The notes under the pieces: generated by a model
Seen by the model: only the letters and a program-made list of their open reading frames with translations
Told to the model about the DNA's origin: nothing
Database searches by the model: none
Assembly (NCBI GenBank): GCA_043807255.1
Contig: JAZDGD010000010.1
Span: 1-53,302 of the forward strand
Direction: 5' to 3'
Source of the DNA: Patescibacteria group bacterium
GTDB taxonomy: Bacteria; Patescibacteriota; Minisyncoccia; RBG-13-40-8-A
Length of the DNA: 53,302 nucleotides
Program-made: the position numbers and the translations under genes
Shown here: positions 1 through 8,038 of the stretch, one piece after another
Position numbering within the stretch: position 1 is the stretch's first letter
Layout of the letters: each line of letters starts with the position of its first letter

Positions 1-1
1 A

Positions 2-133
2 AAAATGCCCTTTGCTCAAATTAAGCAAGAAGACATCGATAAAACAATTAATTTATTAAACACCAGACCAAGAAAACGACTTAACTATCTTACTCCTAAA
101 GAAGTGTTTGCAGAAAATTGCACTTTGGATTAG
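2..133 (+). mobile_element. IS30-family transposase, C-terminal fragment (5' part lies outside the window)
   Basis: The frame from nt 2 reads KMPFAQIKQEDIDKTINLLNTRPRKRLNYLTPKEVFAENCTLD*, with stop TAG at 131-133. The NxRPRKxLxYxTPxEVF tail is the conserved C-terminus of IS30-type DDE transposases. No terminal inverted repeat was identified. Confidence 0.65.
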
Positions 134-153
134 AATTTAAATATAACCAATTT

Positions 154-182
154 AAAAACCACTCTTTTGAAGCGGTTTTTTT
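154..182 (-). terminator. Intrinsic terminator downstream of murG, between convergent genes
   Basis: The minus strand reads AAAAAA-ACCGCU-UCAAAAG-AGUGGU-UUUUU. This is a 6-bp stem with one G-U pair, flanked by an A-run and a U-run. On the plus strand the same position is an A-C mismatch. Confidence 0.45.
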
Positions 183-194
183 ATAGAGTTAAAT

Positions 195-1274
195 TTAGTT
201 TTTATTAAATTTTAATATTTCATCTCTAATCAATTCCGCGGTGGCGGGATTGTAGAATTGTTTTGCTTTTTGAGACATTTCGGATAATTTTTGCGGATTA
301 GATAATAAATTAGAAATTTGTTCTAATAACATGTTTGGTGTTAGGTTCTCTTGTTCTAGAATGACCGCTTCGCTAACCTTACTAAACTCATATGCATTCT
401 CTCTTTGGTGGTTTTGCGCAGAATTTGGCAACGGAATTAGGATCGACGGTTTGCCCAGTGCGGCAATTTCAAAGATTCCTCCCGCCCCAGCACGATTAAC
501 GATTAAATCGGCTAAGACATAGGCATGTTTCTCTTGTTCGGTATTTAAAAATGGATATAAATGATATTCTGGTGATTTTATTGCTTCTTTCTCCAGTTCT
601 TTAAAATTATTTTGTCCGCAGGCATGAATTATTTCTGCGATTTCAATTAATCTTGGCAAATTATTTATCACTGTTTCGTTTATCTTCTGTGCTCCTTGTG
701 ACCCACCAAGAATTAAAACAATTGGCTTTGCGGACGAAATTTTAAACATTTCTCTTCCAATATTTTTATCGCCATCTAACAATTCTCTTCTTATTGGGTT
801 TCCAATTACAATTATCTTGTTCTGATCTTTCGGTTTAAAATATTTTTTGCTTGCCTCGAACGAAAGGATTATTCTTTTTGCAAACTTAGCAGACTTTTTG
901 GTTACCAATCCCGGTACGGCATCAGAATCGTGAATAATAATCGGAATTCGATATAATCGTGCGGCAACCAATACCGGAAAACTCCCATATCCACCTTTCG
1001 AAAATACAACATCGGGGATCCAGACAAATAAATAAAAAAGTGATTGAATTATTCCGGCAAAAGATTTAAATAATTCCAAAATAATCATCGGATTAAAGTA
1101 TCGATGTAGCTTTCCGGCCAAGATGAATTTTGCCTTGATGCTGTCTAGATTTTCTTTCGCAAAACCATCCGGCCCAAGGTATCTGACCTCGCAATCAACA
1201 GGAAGAGATTCTTTGATTGCAATAATTGGAAAAATATGTCCTCCTGTTCCGCCACCTGTAAATAATATTCTCAT
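195..1274 (-). CDS. murG: UDP-GlcNAc:undecaprenyl-PP-MurNAc-pentapeptide GlcNAc transferase
   Basis: MRILFTGGGTGGHIFP N-terminal glycine loop, GGSQGA, and C-terminal NRAGAGGIFE. It overlaps ftsW by 4 nt in a dcw context. Confidence 0.93.
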   Translation of the reverse strand: MRILFTGGGTGGHIFPIIAIKESLPVDCEVRYLGPDGFAKENLDSIKAKFILAGKLHRYFNPMIILELFKSFAGIIQSLFYLFVWIPDVVFSKGGYGSFPVLVAARLYRIPIIIHDSDAVPGLVTKKSAKFAKRIILSFEASKKYFKPKDQNKIIVIGNPIRRELLDGDKNIGREMFKISSAKPIVLILGGSQGAQKINETVINNLPRLIEIAEIIHACGQNNFKELEKEAIKSPEYHLYPFLNTEQEKHAYVLADLIVNRAGAGGIFEIAALGKPSILIPLPNSAQNHQRENAYEFSKVSEAVILEQENLTPNMLLEQISNLLSNPQKLSEMSQKAKQFYNPATAELIRDEILKFNKN

Positions 1275-2359
1275 GTGTGTTTTGAAATGTTAACCAATAT
1301 TCCTGCCCCGACCATAGTAATAACTAGTGCCGAACTGCCATAACTCACAAATGGTAAGGGAATCCCAGTCAAAGGAATAATTCCAGAAATAGCGCTAACA
1401 TTAATTAATGTTTGAAAGCCGAACCAACTAATAATTCCACAAGCCAATAACTTACCAAAACTATCATTAACCTTTTTGCTAATTTTCAATCCTTTAAAAA
1501 CTAAAAATAAAATTAAGATTAAGAAAATAACACATCCCACAAAACCAATTTCTTCGGCCATAATCGCAAAGATAGAATCGTTCATTGGTTCGGGTAAATA
1601 ATTGTATTTTTGAATACTATGCCCTGGTCCTTTGCCAAATAACCCTCCAGAACCAATAGCTAAAAGCGCCTGATTGATCTGATAACTTATGCCTTGCGGA
1701 TCGGTGGAAGGATTCAAAAAAGTCATTAATCGTTCCATTCGATGCGGAAAAAACTTAATTAAAGCGAATAATCCAGCAATATAAATTAAAATAACAATTA
1801 TAACGTGTGGCATTTTTGCTCCACTTAGAAAAAACAATATAAGTCCGACAATTAAGATTAATCCCAATGTCCCGGCATCGTTTTGTAGTGCAATTAATCC
1901 GCCAACGACAGCAGTTATCGCTAAAAAAGGGATCAGAGTGTTGGTTGCTCCAGATTGAACCTCTTTCTTACTGAAGAACGTGGCCAGATAGATAATCAGA
2001 GCTAATTTTAGAAATTCTGATGGTTGAAAATTAATTGGGCCAATGATTAACCATCGTTGAGCCCCGCCATGCCTCACTCCGAATTGAGGAATGAAGACCA
2101 AAACGCAAAGAATTAATGCTAGAAAAAAAATCAATAGAGAAAATTTCTTATAAATCTTATAATCTATTTTTTGAGCGAAAAAGAAAAAAATTAATCCCAC
2201 AACCCCACCATATGTCAATTGATGAAGAAAGTAATAATATGGATTGCCGGTCTGTTCTTCGGAAACATTCATTGAAGCACTAAGGAGCATTCCCAGTCCG
2301 AGTGCCAATAAAACCAATATAAGAATTATTAATCCCTTGTCCGGCCTCTTTTCTTTCAT
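1271..2359 (-). CDS. ftsW: SEDS-family peptidoglycan polymerase/lipid II protein FtsW (RodA-like)
   Basis: Polytopic membrane protein with the FtsW/RodA pattern (PEPMNDSIFA, GIPLPFVSYGSS). Its position next to murG favours FtsW. Confidence 0.85.
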   Translation of the reverse strand: MKEKRPDKGLIILILVLLALGLGMLLSASMNVSEEQTGNPYYYFLHQLTYGGVVGLIFFFFAQKIDYKIYKKFSLLIFFLALILCVLVFIPQFGVRHGGAQRWLIIGPINFQPSEFLKLALIIYLATFFSKKEVQSGATNTLIPFLAITAVVGGLIALQNDAGTLGLILIVGLILFFLSGAKMPHVIIVILIYIAGLFALIKFFPHRMERLMTFLNPSTDPQGISYQINQALLAIGSGGLFGKGPGHSIQKYNYLPEPMNDSIFAIMAEEIGFVGCVIFLILILFLVFKGLKISKKVNDSFGKLLACGIISWFGFQTLINVSAISGIIPLTGIPLPFVSYGSSALVITMVGAGILVNISKHT

Positions 2360-3933
2360 GATCTTTTTAAAATTTTTCCTGCCCTTTTGTTTGTGTAATA
2401 ACCATTTTCAACCGCTATTTCACCATTAACGAGCACATATTCAATGCCCCCAGGATATTGATACGGATTTTGAAAGGTTGATTTATCGATTATGGTGTTG
2501 GGATTAATAATTGCCAAATCAGCCCAATAATCTTCTTTGATTAATCCCCTATTTTTAAGTCCAAGTTTAGTGGCGGGTCCGTGAGTTATTTTATAAATTG
2601 CTTCTTCCCAATTAATTAAATGTTCTTGTTCGACATATTTTCCTAAAAATCTTGGAAATGCACCAAAACATCTTGGATGTACTAAATCATTTTTTTTATG
2701 ATAATAATCAGTATTATAACCAACTCCATCAGACGCAATAAATCCTAATTCATCAGCAATACCCATCCTAACGTTTTCTTCATTTAAGGTATCAACAAAA
2801 ACAGTGATTCTTGCTTCGGAAATTAAAAGCATATTGATAACTGCTTCTTCAACGCTTACATTTTCTGCTTGAGCAATTTCTAATATGCTTTTGCCTATAA
2901 ATGATTTGCTGATTGGCGAAACAGCAATAGTGATTTTATTGTATTCGTAAGACTTTTTTTCTTGCATCTCCTTGATAATTTTTTCTTTAATGGATGGATC
3001 CTTTAGCCGTTTTAATAATTGTGTTTTTCCGCCTTCAGCAACCCAGTCTGGTAAAAGAATATATAAAACAGATCCAGTTATGGTGTAAGGATAAATATCA
3101 AAGTTAATATTGGTTTTAGTGGAGTTTTTAATTAATTCCAGCGCTTTTTTCATGTTTGGCCAATGATTTTTACCCATTGCCTTGAGGTGTGATATTTCCG
3201 TATTAACTCCGGTTTTTTTTGCCATTTCAATTGTTTCTTCAATTGCGGGAATTAATTCTTCTGCTTCTCCCCTAACGTGTGTTGTGTAAAGACCATCGAA
3301 ACTTTTAACTACTTTTGCTAATTCGGTTATTTCTTTGGTTGTGGCAATTTTTGCGTGACTATATGCTAATCCAGTAGAAAGTCCGAATGCTCCTTGTTTC
3401 ATTGCCGTCTTTAGCATGTCAGTCATTATTTTTAATTCTTTTGGCTCTAATTCTCTAAATTCATCACCCAGAAGCCCTCTTCTTAATGTCGAATGACCAA
3501 CTAAACTTGCAAAATTTACTCCGATTTTTAATTTTTCTAAAGACGTCAAAAATTCTTTAAATGTTAACCAGTTTAAATTTATTTCATTGGTATTTGACCA
3601 TTTTTGAATTGCCTTTAATCCTTCCTGGGAAACCAATGGTGCCAAAGAAGAACCACAATTTCCTCCCAGGATTGTGGTTATGCCTTGGCGCAGTAAACTT
3701 TCTTGGGCCGGGATTGTAAATAAAGTTAAATAAGTATCGGAGTGATTATTTAAATCAACGAACCCCGGAGTTAAATACATGTTTTCTGCATGAATAACTC
3801 TTTTGCCCTTTTTGGCATCAATGTTTCTTTTAATTCTGTCGATTCGGCCATTATAAATCCCTACGTCAGCTTTGTATTTGGCGTTTTTACTACCATCAAT
3901 AATAATTGCGTCTTTGATTAAAATGTCGTACAT
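2356..3933 (-). CDS. N-acyl-D-amino-acid deacylase (D-aminoacylase) family amidohydrolase
   Basis: Family landmarks are present: PGFVDLNNHSD (HxH position, first His replaced by Asn), GGNCGSSLAP (metal-binding Cys loop), YTTHVRGE, EISHLK and IASDG (catalytic Asp). Confidence 0.75.
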   Translation of the reverse strand: MYDILIKDAIIIDGSKNAKYKADVGIYNGRIDRIKRNIDAKKGKRVIHAENMYLTPGFVDLNNHSDTYLTLFTIPAQESLLRQGITTILGGNCGSSLAPLVSQEGLKAIQKWSNTNEINLNWLTFKEFLTSLEKLKIGVNFASLVGHSTLRRGLLGDEFRELEPKELKIMTDMLKTAMKQGAFGLSTGLAYSHAKIATTKEITELAKVVKSFDGLYTTHVRGEAEELIPAIEETIEMAKKTGVNTEISHLKAMGKNHWPNMKKALELIKNSTKTNINFDIYPYTITGSVLYILLPDWVAEGGKTQLLKRLKDPSIKEKIIKEMQEKKSYEYNKITIAVSPISKSFIGKSILEIAQAENVSVEEAVINMLLISEARITVFVDTLNEENVRMGIADELGFIASDGVGYNTDYYHKKNDLVHPRCFGAFPRFLGKYVEQEHLINWEEAIYKITHGPATKLGLKNRGLIKEDYWADLAIINPNTIIDKSTFQNPYQYPGGIEYVLVNGEIAVENGYYTNKRAGKILKRS

Positions 3934-3983
3934 ACAATATTATCCGAATGATACGAATATGTATCCGAATCAACGAATAATTC

Positions 3984-4016
3984 GTAGATTCGAATAACAA
4001 TTTGTAGATTCGAATA
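3984..4016 (+). repeat. Two exact 13-nt direct repeats GTAGATTCGAATA with 20-nt start-to-start spacing, in the mraY/deacylase intergenic region
   Basis: Copies at 3984-3996 and 4004-4016, within a CGAAT-rich tract (3945-4016). The same architecture recurs at 19348-19380. Confidence 0.7.
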
Positions 4017-4018
4017 TT

Positions 4019-5086
4019 TTATTTTATAAAATTTGAATCGATAAAGAACAATATTAACCCGATTACCGTTGTAACTCCAGCAATAATCCAAAATCTCATT
4101 GTAACTTTTGTTTCTGGCCATCCTTTTGCTTCGAAATGATGATGAATTGGCGTAGACAAAAATATTTTTTTATGACGGATTTTTTTGGACAACACTTGAA
4201 TAATTACGGACAAAGATTCAATCAATAAAATAAATCCAATGAATGGCAAAAAGAACAAAGTATTTGTGAGCATGGCAATTACTCCCAATGTAATGCCAAG
4301 AGACATTGATCCGGTGTCTCCCATAAAAAATCGAGCGGGGTGAATGTTGAACCAAAGAAAGGCCAATAATGCTCCGACAATTGCCCCGCATAATGTTGCT
4401 AATTCAATTTTTCCCTGGCTAAAGCAAATTACCCCATAAGCGGAAAATGCAGCCAAAAGAACTCCGCCCGCCAATCCATCCAATCCGTCGGTTTCATTTG
4501 TTGAGAATGCCGATGCGACAATGGCAAAAATAAAAACAGGAATATACCACAAACCAATATTAAAATTCCCTATAAATGGTATGTGAAGTAGGTCCCAGTC
4601 GAGTTTAAAATAAAACCAATAAGCGGCAATACAAGCAATGGCAGTATAAAGAAGAATCCTTTGTCTCATTTGTAACCCCTGACCACGTTTTCCCATTTTT
4701 TTTATGCCAGCAAAATCATCAACTAGTCCAATAAGGGCGGTAAAAAGTAATACTCCCAATGGCAATAATGTTTGTTTTCTAGTTAAAAAGTTATAATCAG
4801 AAAAAATTGTATCTGGACCAAATAATTTGGTTAGAACTAAAATACCAACTGCTAAAATAATTGTAGTTGTCCAGACCAATATTCCTCCCATTATTGGTGT
4901 GCCATCTTTCTTCTTGTGTAGTGCCGTAAAAACCGGAGTTGTGCCTTCATCTCGATTATCCTTGCCCAATTTATATTTATATAAAAAATGAGTTAGAATT
5001 GGTGTTGAAAACAATGCCACAATAAAAGAAATCGCAGCAATAGTTAAAATTTTTATTATTGGAAATATATTTATTGCCATATCCAT
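4019..5086 (-). CDS. mraY: Phospho-N-acetylmuramoyl-pentapeptide transferase
   Basis: VDDFAGI, NETDGLDGLAGG, MGDTGSMSLG and HHHFE motifs. The ORF opens with TTG at 5101 and the first ATGs are at 5086 and 5080, so the start is uncertain. Confidence 0.9.
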   Translation of the reverse strand: MDMAINIFPIIKILTIAAISFIVALFSTPILTHFLYKYKLGKDNRDEGTTPVFTALHKKKDGTPIMGGILVWTTTIILAVGILVLTKLFGPDTIFSDYNFLTRKQTLLPLGVLLFTALIGLVDDFAGIKKMGKRGQGLQMRQRILLYTAIACIAAYWFYFKLDWDLLHIPFIGNFNIGLWYIPVFIFAIVASAFSTNETDGLDGLAGGVLLAAFSAYGVICFSQGKIELATLCGAIVGALLAFLWFNIHPARFFMGDTGSMSLGITLGVIAMLTNTLFFLPFIGFILLIESLSVIIQVLSKKIRHKKIFLSTPIHHHFEAKGWPETKVTMRFWIIAGVTTVIGLILFFIDSNFIK

Positions 5087-6021
5087 GCATTTTGCGTCCA
5101 ATCAATGAGTTTTTCGGTGTCGTTTTCTCTTTGAGTTGAACCTAAAATTACTGTAATTAAATAATTATCATCATAAATTTTTGAAATCGTCATTAAGCAT
5201 CCGCCCGCTTCTTCGGTAAATCCAGTTTTTCCGCCAATCAATTGAGGAATTTTTCCTAAAAGCTTGTTGGTGCTGGTGATTTTATGGATCACGCTTTTAT
5301 CAATTGAATAAATTGTCGTTTCTGGAGTTTTTAAAATCTCGGCAAGCAAAGGAAACTTAAATGCATATTCAGCTAAAATGGCAATTTCTGAAACAGTGGA
5401 TTGATTATATGAATCGAGTCCTGCTGGCTCCACGAAGCTAGTGTTTTTTAATCCCAACTCTCTCGCCTTGTTGTTCATTTTAAAAATAAAGTCATCGTAA
5501 GTCATTTGAGGGTTGTCTTTCGCCAAAGACATCGCAGCATCATTTGATGATTCAACAAGCATTATATATAATAGATCTTTTGTCTTTAATTTTTCACCAT
5601 CAATTAATCCTCCATTTGTACTATCAACACTAATTGCTTCCTTGGAAACCTTAACAATTGTTTCTGGATCATAGTTTTCAATCGCAATAATTGCGGTCAT
5701 TAATTTCGTTAAACTGGCAATTGGTAAAACCTGATTGATATTTTTTTGAAATAAAGCACTATCCTTGCGGTCATTTCTAAAACTTAAAACGATCGCTGAT
5801 TTTGCAAAAATTTCTGGTTCTTCCACCGACCAGTTTCTAATTGGAAAAAATTTATTATCAATATCATTTGAGTTTGGTAGTTTTGATATTGTTTTGTCTC
5901 CCTGTGATTGATTAATATTTGCTTGAATTGGTTTATTGTCACTTTTAATCAATAACAATGCCCAAGCTATTCCAATTAATAACAAAACAATCAATATTTG
6001 TAGGAAATATTTTTTAATCAT
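5071..6021 (-). CDS. Serine-type D-Ala-D-Ala carboxypeptidase (peptidase S11, PBP5-like)
   Basis: N-terminal signal anchor, SxxK (ASLTK), SxN (SSND) and KTG (KTGFT). Confidence 0.85.
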   Translation of the reverse strand: MIKKYFLQILIVLLLIGIAWALLLIKSDNKPIQANINQSQGDKTISKLPNSNDIDNKFFPIRNWSVEEPEIFAKSAIVLSFRNDRKDSALFQKNINQVLPIASLTKLMTAIIAIENYDPETIVKVSKEAISVDSTNGGLIDGEKLKTKDLLYIMLVESSNDAAMSLAKDNPQMTYDDFIFKMNNKARELGLKNTSFVEPAGLDSYNQSTVSEIAILAEYAFKFPLLAEILKTPETTIYSIDKSVIHKITSTNKLLGKIPQLIGGKTGFTEEAGGCLMTISKIYDDNYLITVILGSTQRENDTEKLIDWTQNAWIWQ

Positions 6022-6036
6022 TTATCATTTGTTTGT

Positions 6037-6045
6037 ATTATAGCA
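6037..6045 (-). promoter_or_regulatory. Extended -10 element TGCTATAAT upstream of the dac-mraY gene string
   Basis: The minus strand reads TGCTATAAT, 15 nt upstream of the dac ATG and directly after the aspS terminator. No clear -35 was found. Confidence 0.45.
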
Positions 6046-6086
6046 CAAAAAAAATAATCCACATTAATCAACTGTGGATTATTTTA
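6046..6086 (-). terminator. Intrinsic terminator of aspS
   Basis: 10-bp stem ATAATCCACA/TGTGGATTAT (6054-6063 and 6073-6082) with a 9-nt loop, followed on the minus strand by T8. Confidence 0.8.
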
Positions 6087-6097
6087 ATTCAAATTGT

Positions 6098-7525
6098 TTA
6101 TTTTGTTTTTTTGTCTGGAATTCTGATTTTTAATTCTTTAAGTTGGGCGTCGTCAATTCTGCTTGGTGCGTTCATCATTAAATCGCGTCCGTCGCCTGCC
6201 TTAGGAAACGCAATCACTTCACGAATACTCGGTTCATTATTTAAAATCATAATTAATCGGTCAATGCCCATAGCTATTCCTCCGTGTGGCGGAACGCCAT
6301 AACTAAATGCTTCCAGCATGTGTCCGAATTTTTCCAAAACATCTTCAGTTTTGTTTCCCATTAATTCAAATGTCGCTTGTAGAATCTTTGGGCTGTGTTC
6401 TCTGATTGAACCACCGGCAATTTCATAACCATTACAAACAAAATCATATTGATGAGCTAGTGCTATTTTTTGGTTTTTGTTTAAATATTCAATAAATTCT
6501 TTTTCTGGAAGATTGTTCGGGTTTTGTGCTTTTGTGAATGGGTGATGGGTTGCGTCCCACCTCTTTTCGGTTTCTTTCCATTCAAACGCAGGAAAATCAA
6601 CAACAAAACAAAAAGCCAATTCGTTTTTTCCGCCCGAGGCGGATCCGCCCTGGGCGGAATCTTTCCTTAAATCTGGTTTGTCGGAATTATATTTTTCCAT
6701 TGCTTCCTTGTAGGTTAAGCGCGGGAAGGGAATTTGGGTAATGTGTTTTTCTGGACAAATTTTGGCGACCATTTCAATGGCCATTTTTTCCATTAATGCT
6801 AAAATTTCATCTTGTGTTGGAAACGACATCTCGACGTCTAACTGCGTAAATTCTGGCTGTCTATCTCCTCTTGCGTTTTCGTCTCTGAAGCATCGAGCAA
6901 TTTGAAAATATTTTTCAATTCCCCCAACCATTAACAATTGCTTGTATTGTTGTGGTGATTGCGGAAGCGCATAAAATGTTCCTTCTTGTAGTCGCGATGG
7001 CACAACATAATCACGCGCTCCTTCGGGAGTTGATTTGGTTAAAATCGGAGTTTCAATTTCTAAAAATCCTTTATCCGATAAAAAGTTTCGAATGTATTGT
7101 ATAATTTGATGTCTTAAAATCAAGTTATTTTTAATTCTCTCTCTGCGAATATCAAGATATCTGTATTTTAATCTAAGTTCCTCATTCACTTCGTAGCCAT
7201 CGGTGTCAATTGCAAATGGAGTCGTTTCTGCTTTGTTAATGATTTCTAATTTTTCTGCTTGCATTTCGACCGTTCCAGTTGACAAATTCAGATTAATCAT
7301 TTTGTCCGGTCGCTTATTAATTGTTCCTTCAATTGAAATTACCCATTCGGTTCTTACATCTTTGACCATTTCGGCGTCAGTAAAGACAACCTGTAACAAA
7401 CCAGATCTATCGCGTAAATCAATAAAAACAATTTTACCGTGATTTCTGCGGTTATGCACCCAGCCAAAAACTTTAACCTTTTCTCCTGCCTTATTAATTG
7501 TTTCAATAATATTAGTTCGTTCCAT
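6098..7525 (-). CDS. aspS: Aspartyl-tRNA synthetase, bacterial-type flanks but lacking the GAD insertion domain
   Basis: N-terminal OB fold, QSPQQYKQLLMV, motif 2 FRDENARGDRQPEFTQLD and motif 3 GGIAMGIDRLIM. SDKPDLR is joined to VVDFPAFEW by only about 20 residues. Confidence 0.93.
   Translation of the reverse strand: MERTNIIETINKAGEKVKVFGWVHNRRNHGKIVFIDLRDRSGLLQVVFTDAEMVKDVRTEWVISIEGTINKRPDKMINLNLSTGTVEMQAEKLEIINKAETTPFAIDTDGYEVNEELRLKYRYLDIRRERIKNNLILRHQIIQYIRNFLSDKGFLEIETPILTKSTPEGARDYVVPSRLQEGTFYALPQSPQQYKQLLMVGGIEKYFQIARCFRDENARGDRQPEFTQLDVEMSFPTQDEILALMEKMAIEMVAKICPEKHITQIPFPRLTYKEAMEKYNSDKPDLRKDSAQGGSASGGKNELAFCFVVDFPAFEWKETEKRWDATHHPFTKAQNPNNLPEKEFIEYLNKNQKIALAHQYDFVCNGYEIAGGSIREHSPKILQATFELMGNKTEDVLEKFGHMLEAFSYGVPPHGGIAMGIDRLIMILNNEPSIREVIAFPKAGDGRDLMMNAPSRIDDAQLKELKIRIPDKKTK
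6629..6658. repeat. Tandem GC hairpins inside aspS (TCCGCC-CGA-GGCGGA, TCCGCC-CTG-GGCGGA)
   Basis: Two adjacent 15-nt perfect hairpins encode SAQGG and SASGG in the aspS frame, in an otherwise AT-rich gene. Confidence 0.9.
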
Positions 7526-7529
7526 ATGT

Positions 7530-7979
7530 TTATTCGATATCTAAAATTTTATAATGAATTTTGCCGTTAGGGGTCAGAACAACAACTTCTTCGCCTTTCT
7601 TTTTGCCGAAAAATGCTCTGCCCAATGGTGATTCATTCGAAATCATCCCCTTTGATGGGTCTGCTTCTTCTGAACCGACCAAAGTAAATTCTTTTTTAGA
7701 ATCACTGTTTTTGACCGTAATTTTACAACCAACATCAACATAATCACATTTATGTTTTTTATCTACAAGTTTTGCTTCTCCCAAAAATTGTTCTAATTCT
7801 TTTATTTTTCCCTCATTAAAGGCTTGTGATTCTTTGGCTTCGGTATATTCAGCACTTTCAGAAATATCTCCCCTCTCTTGGGCTTCTTTTATTTGTTCAG
7901 AAATATCTTTTCGATTTTCTTTTAAGGCAGTTAATTTTTCGCGAAGTTCTTTATATTTTTCTGGGCTAATGTATTTCAT
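7530..7979 (-). CDS. greA: Transcription elongation factor GreA
   Basis: N-terminal coiled coil (EKYKELREKLTALKE) and a C-terminal domain with ISNESPLGRAFFGKKKGEEV. The start is placed at ATG 7979; the ORF extends to 8042. Confidence 0.88.
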   Translation of the reverse strand: MKYISPEKYKELREKLTALKENRKDISEQIKEAQERGDISESAEYTEAKESQAFNEGKIKELEQFLGEAKLVDKKHKCDYVDVGCKITVKNSDSKKEFTLVGSEEADPSKGMISNESPLGRAFFGKKKGEEVVVLTPNGKIHYKILDIE

Positions 7980-8038
7980 TGTGTAAATTAAATTATTCTT
8001 TTTATTAATAGTTAATATTAACGTAAATAAAACTAATG

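Noticed and set aside
331-522. Numerous 60-150-aa ORFs antisense to or overlapping the large genes (for example 331-522, 2244-2429, 15333-15785, 24163-24621, 43110-43568, 50796-51131).
   Set aside because: They lie entirely inside well-supported conserved CDSs on the opposite strand or frame. They have low-complexity, compositionally driven sequences, no SD, and no recognisable motifs.
3918-4121. 67-aa ORF spanning the mraY/deacylase intergenic region.
   Set aside because: It overlaps the mraY 3' end and is made up of the CGAAT/GTAGATT repeat tract. The repeat structure explains the open frame better than coding does.
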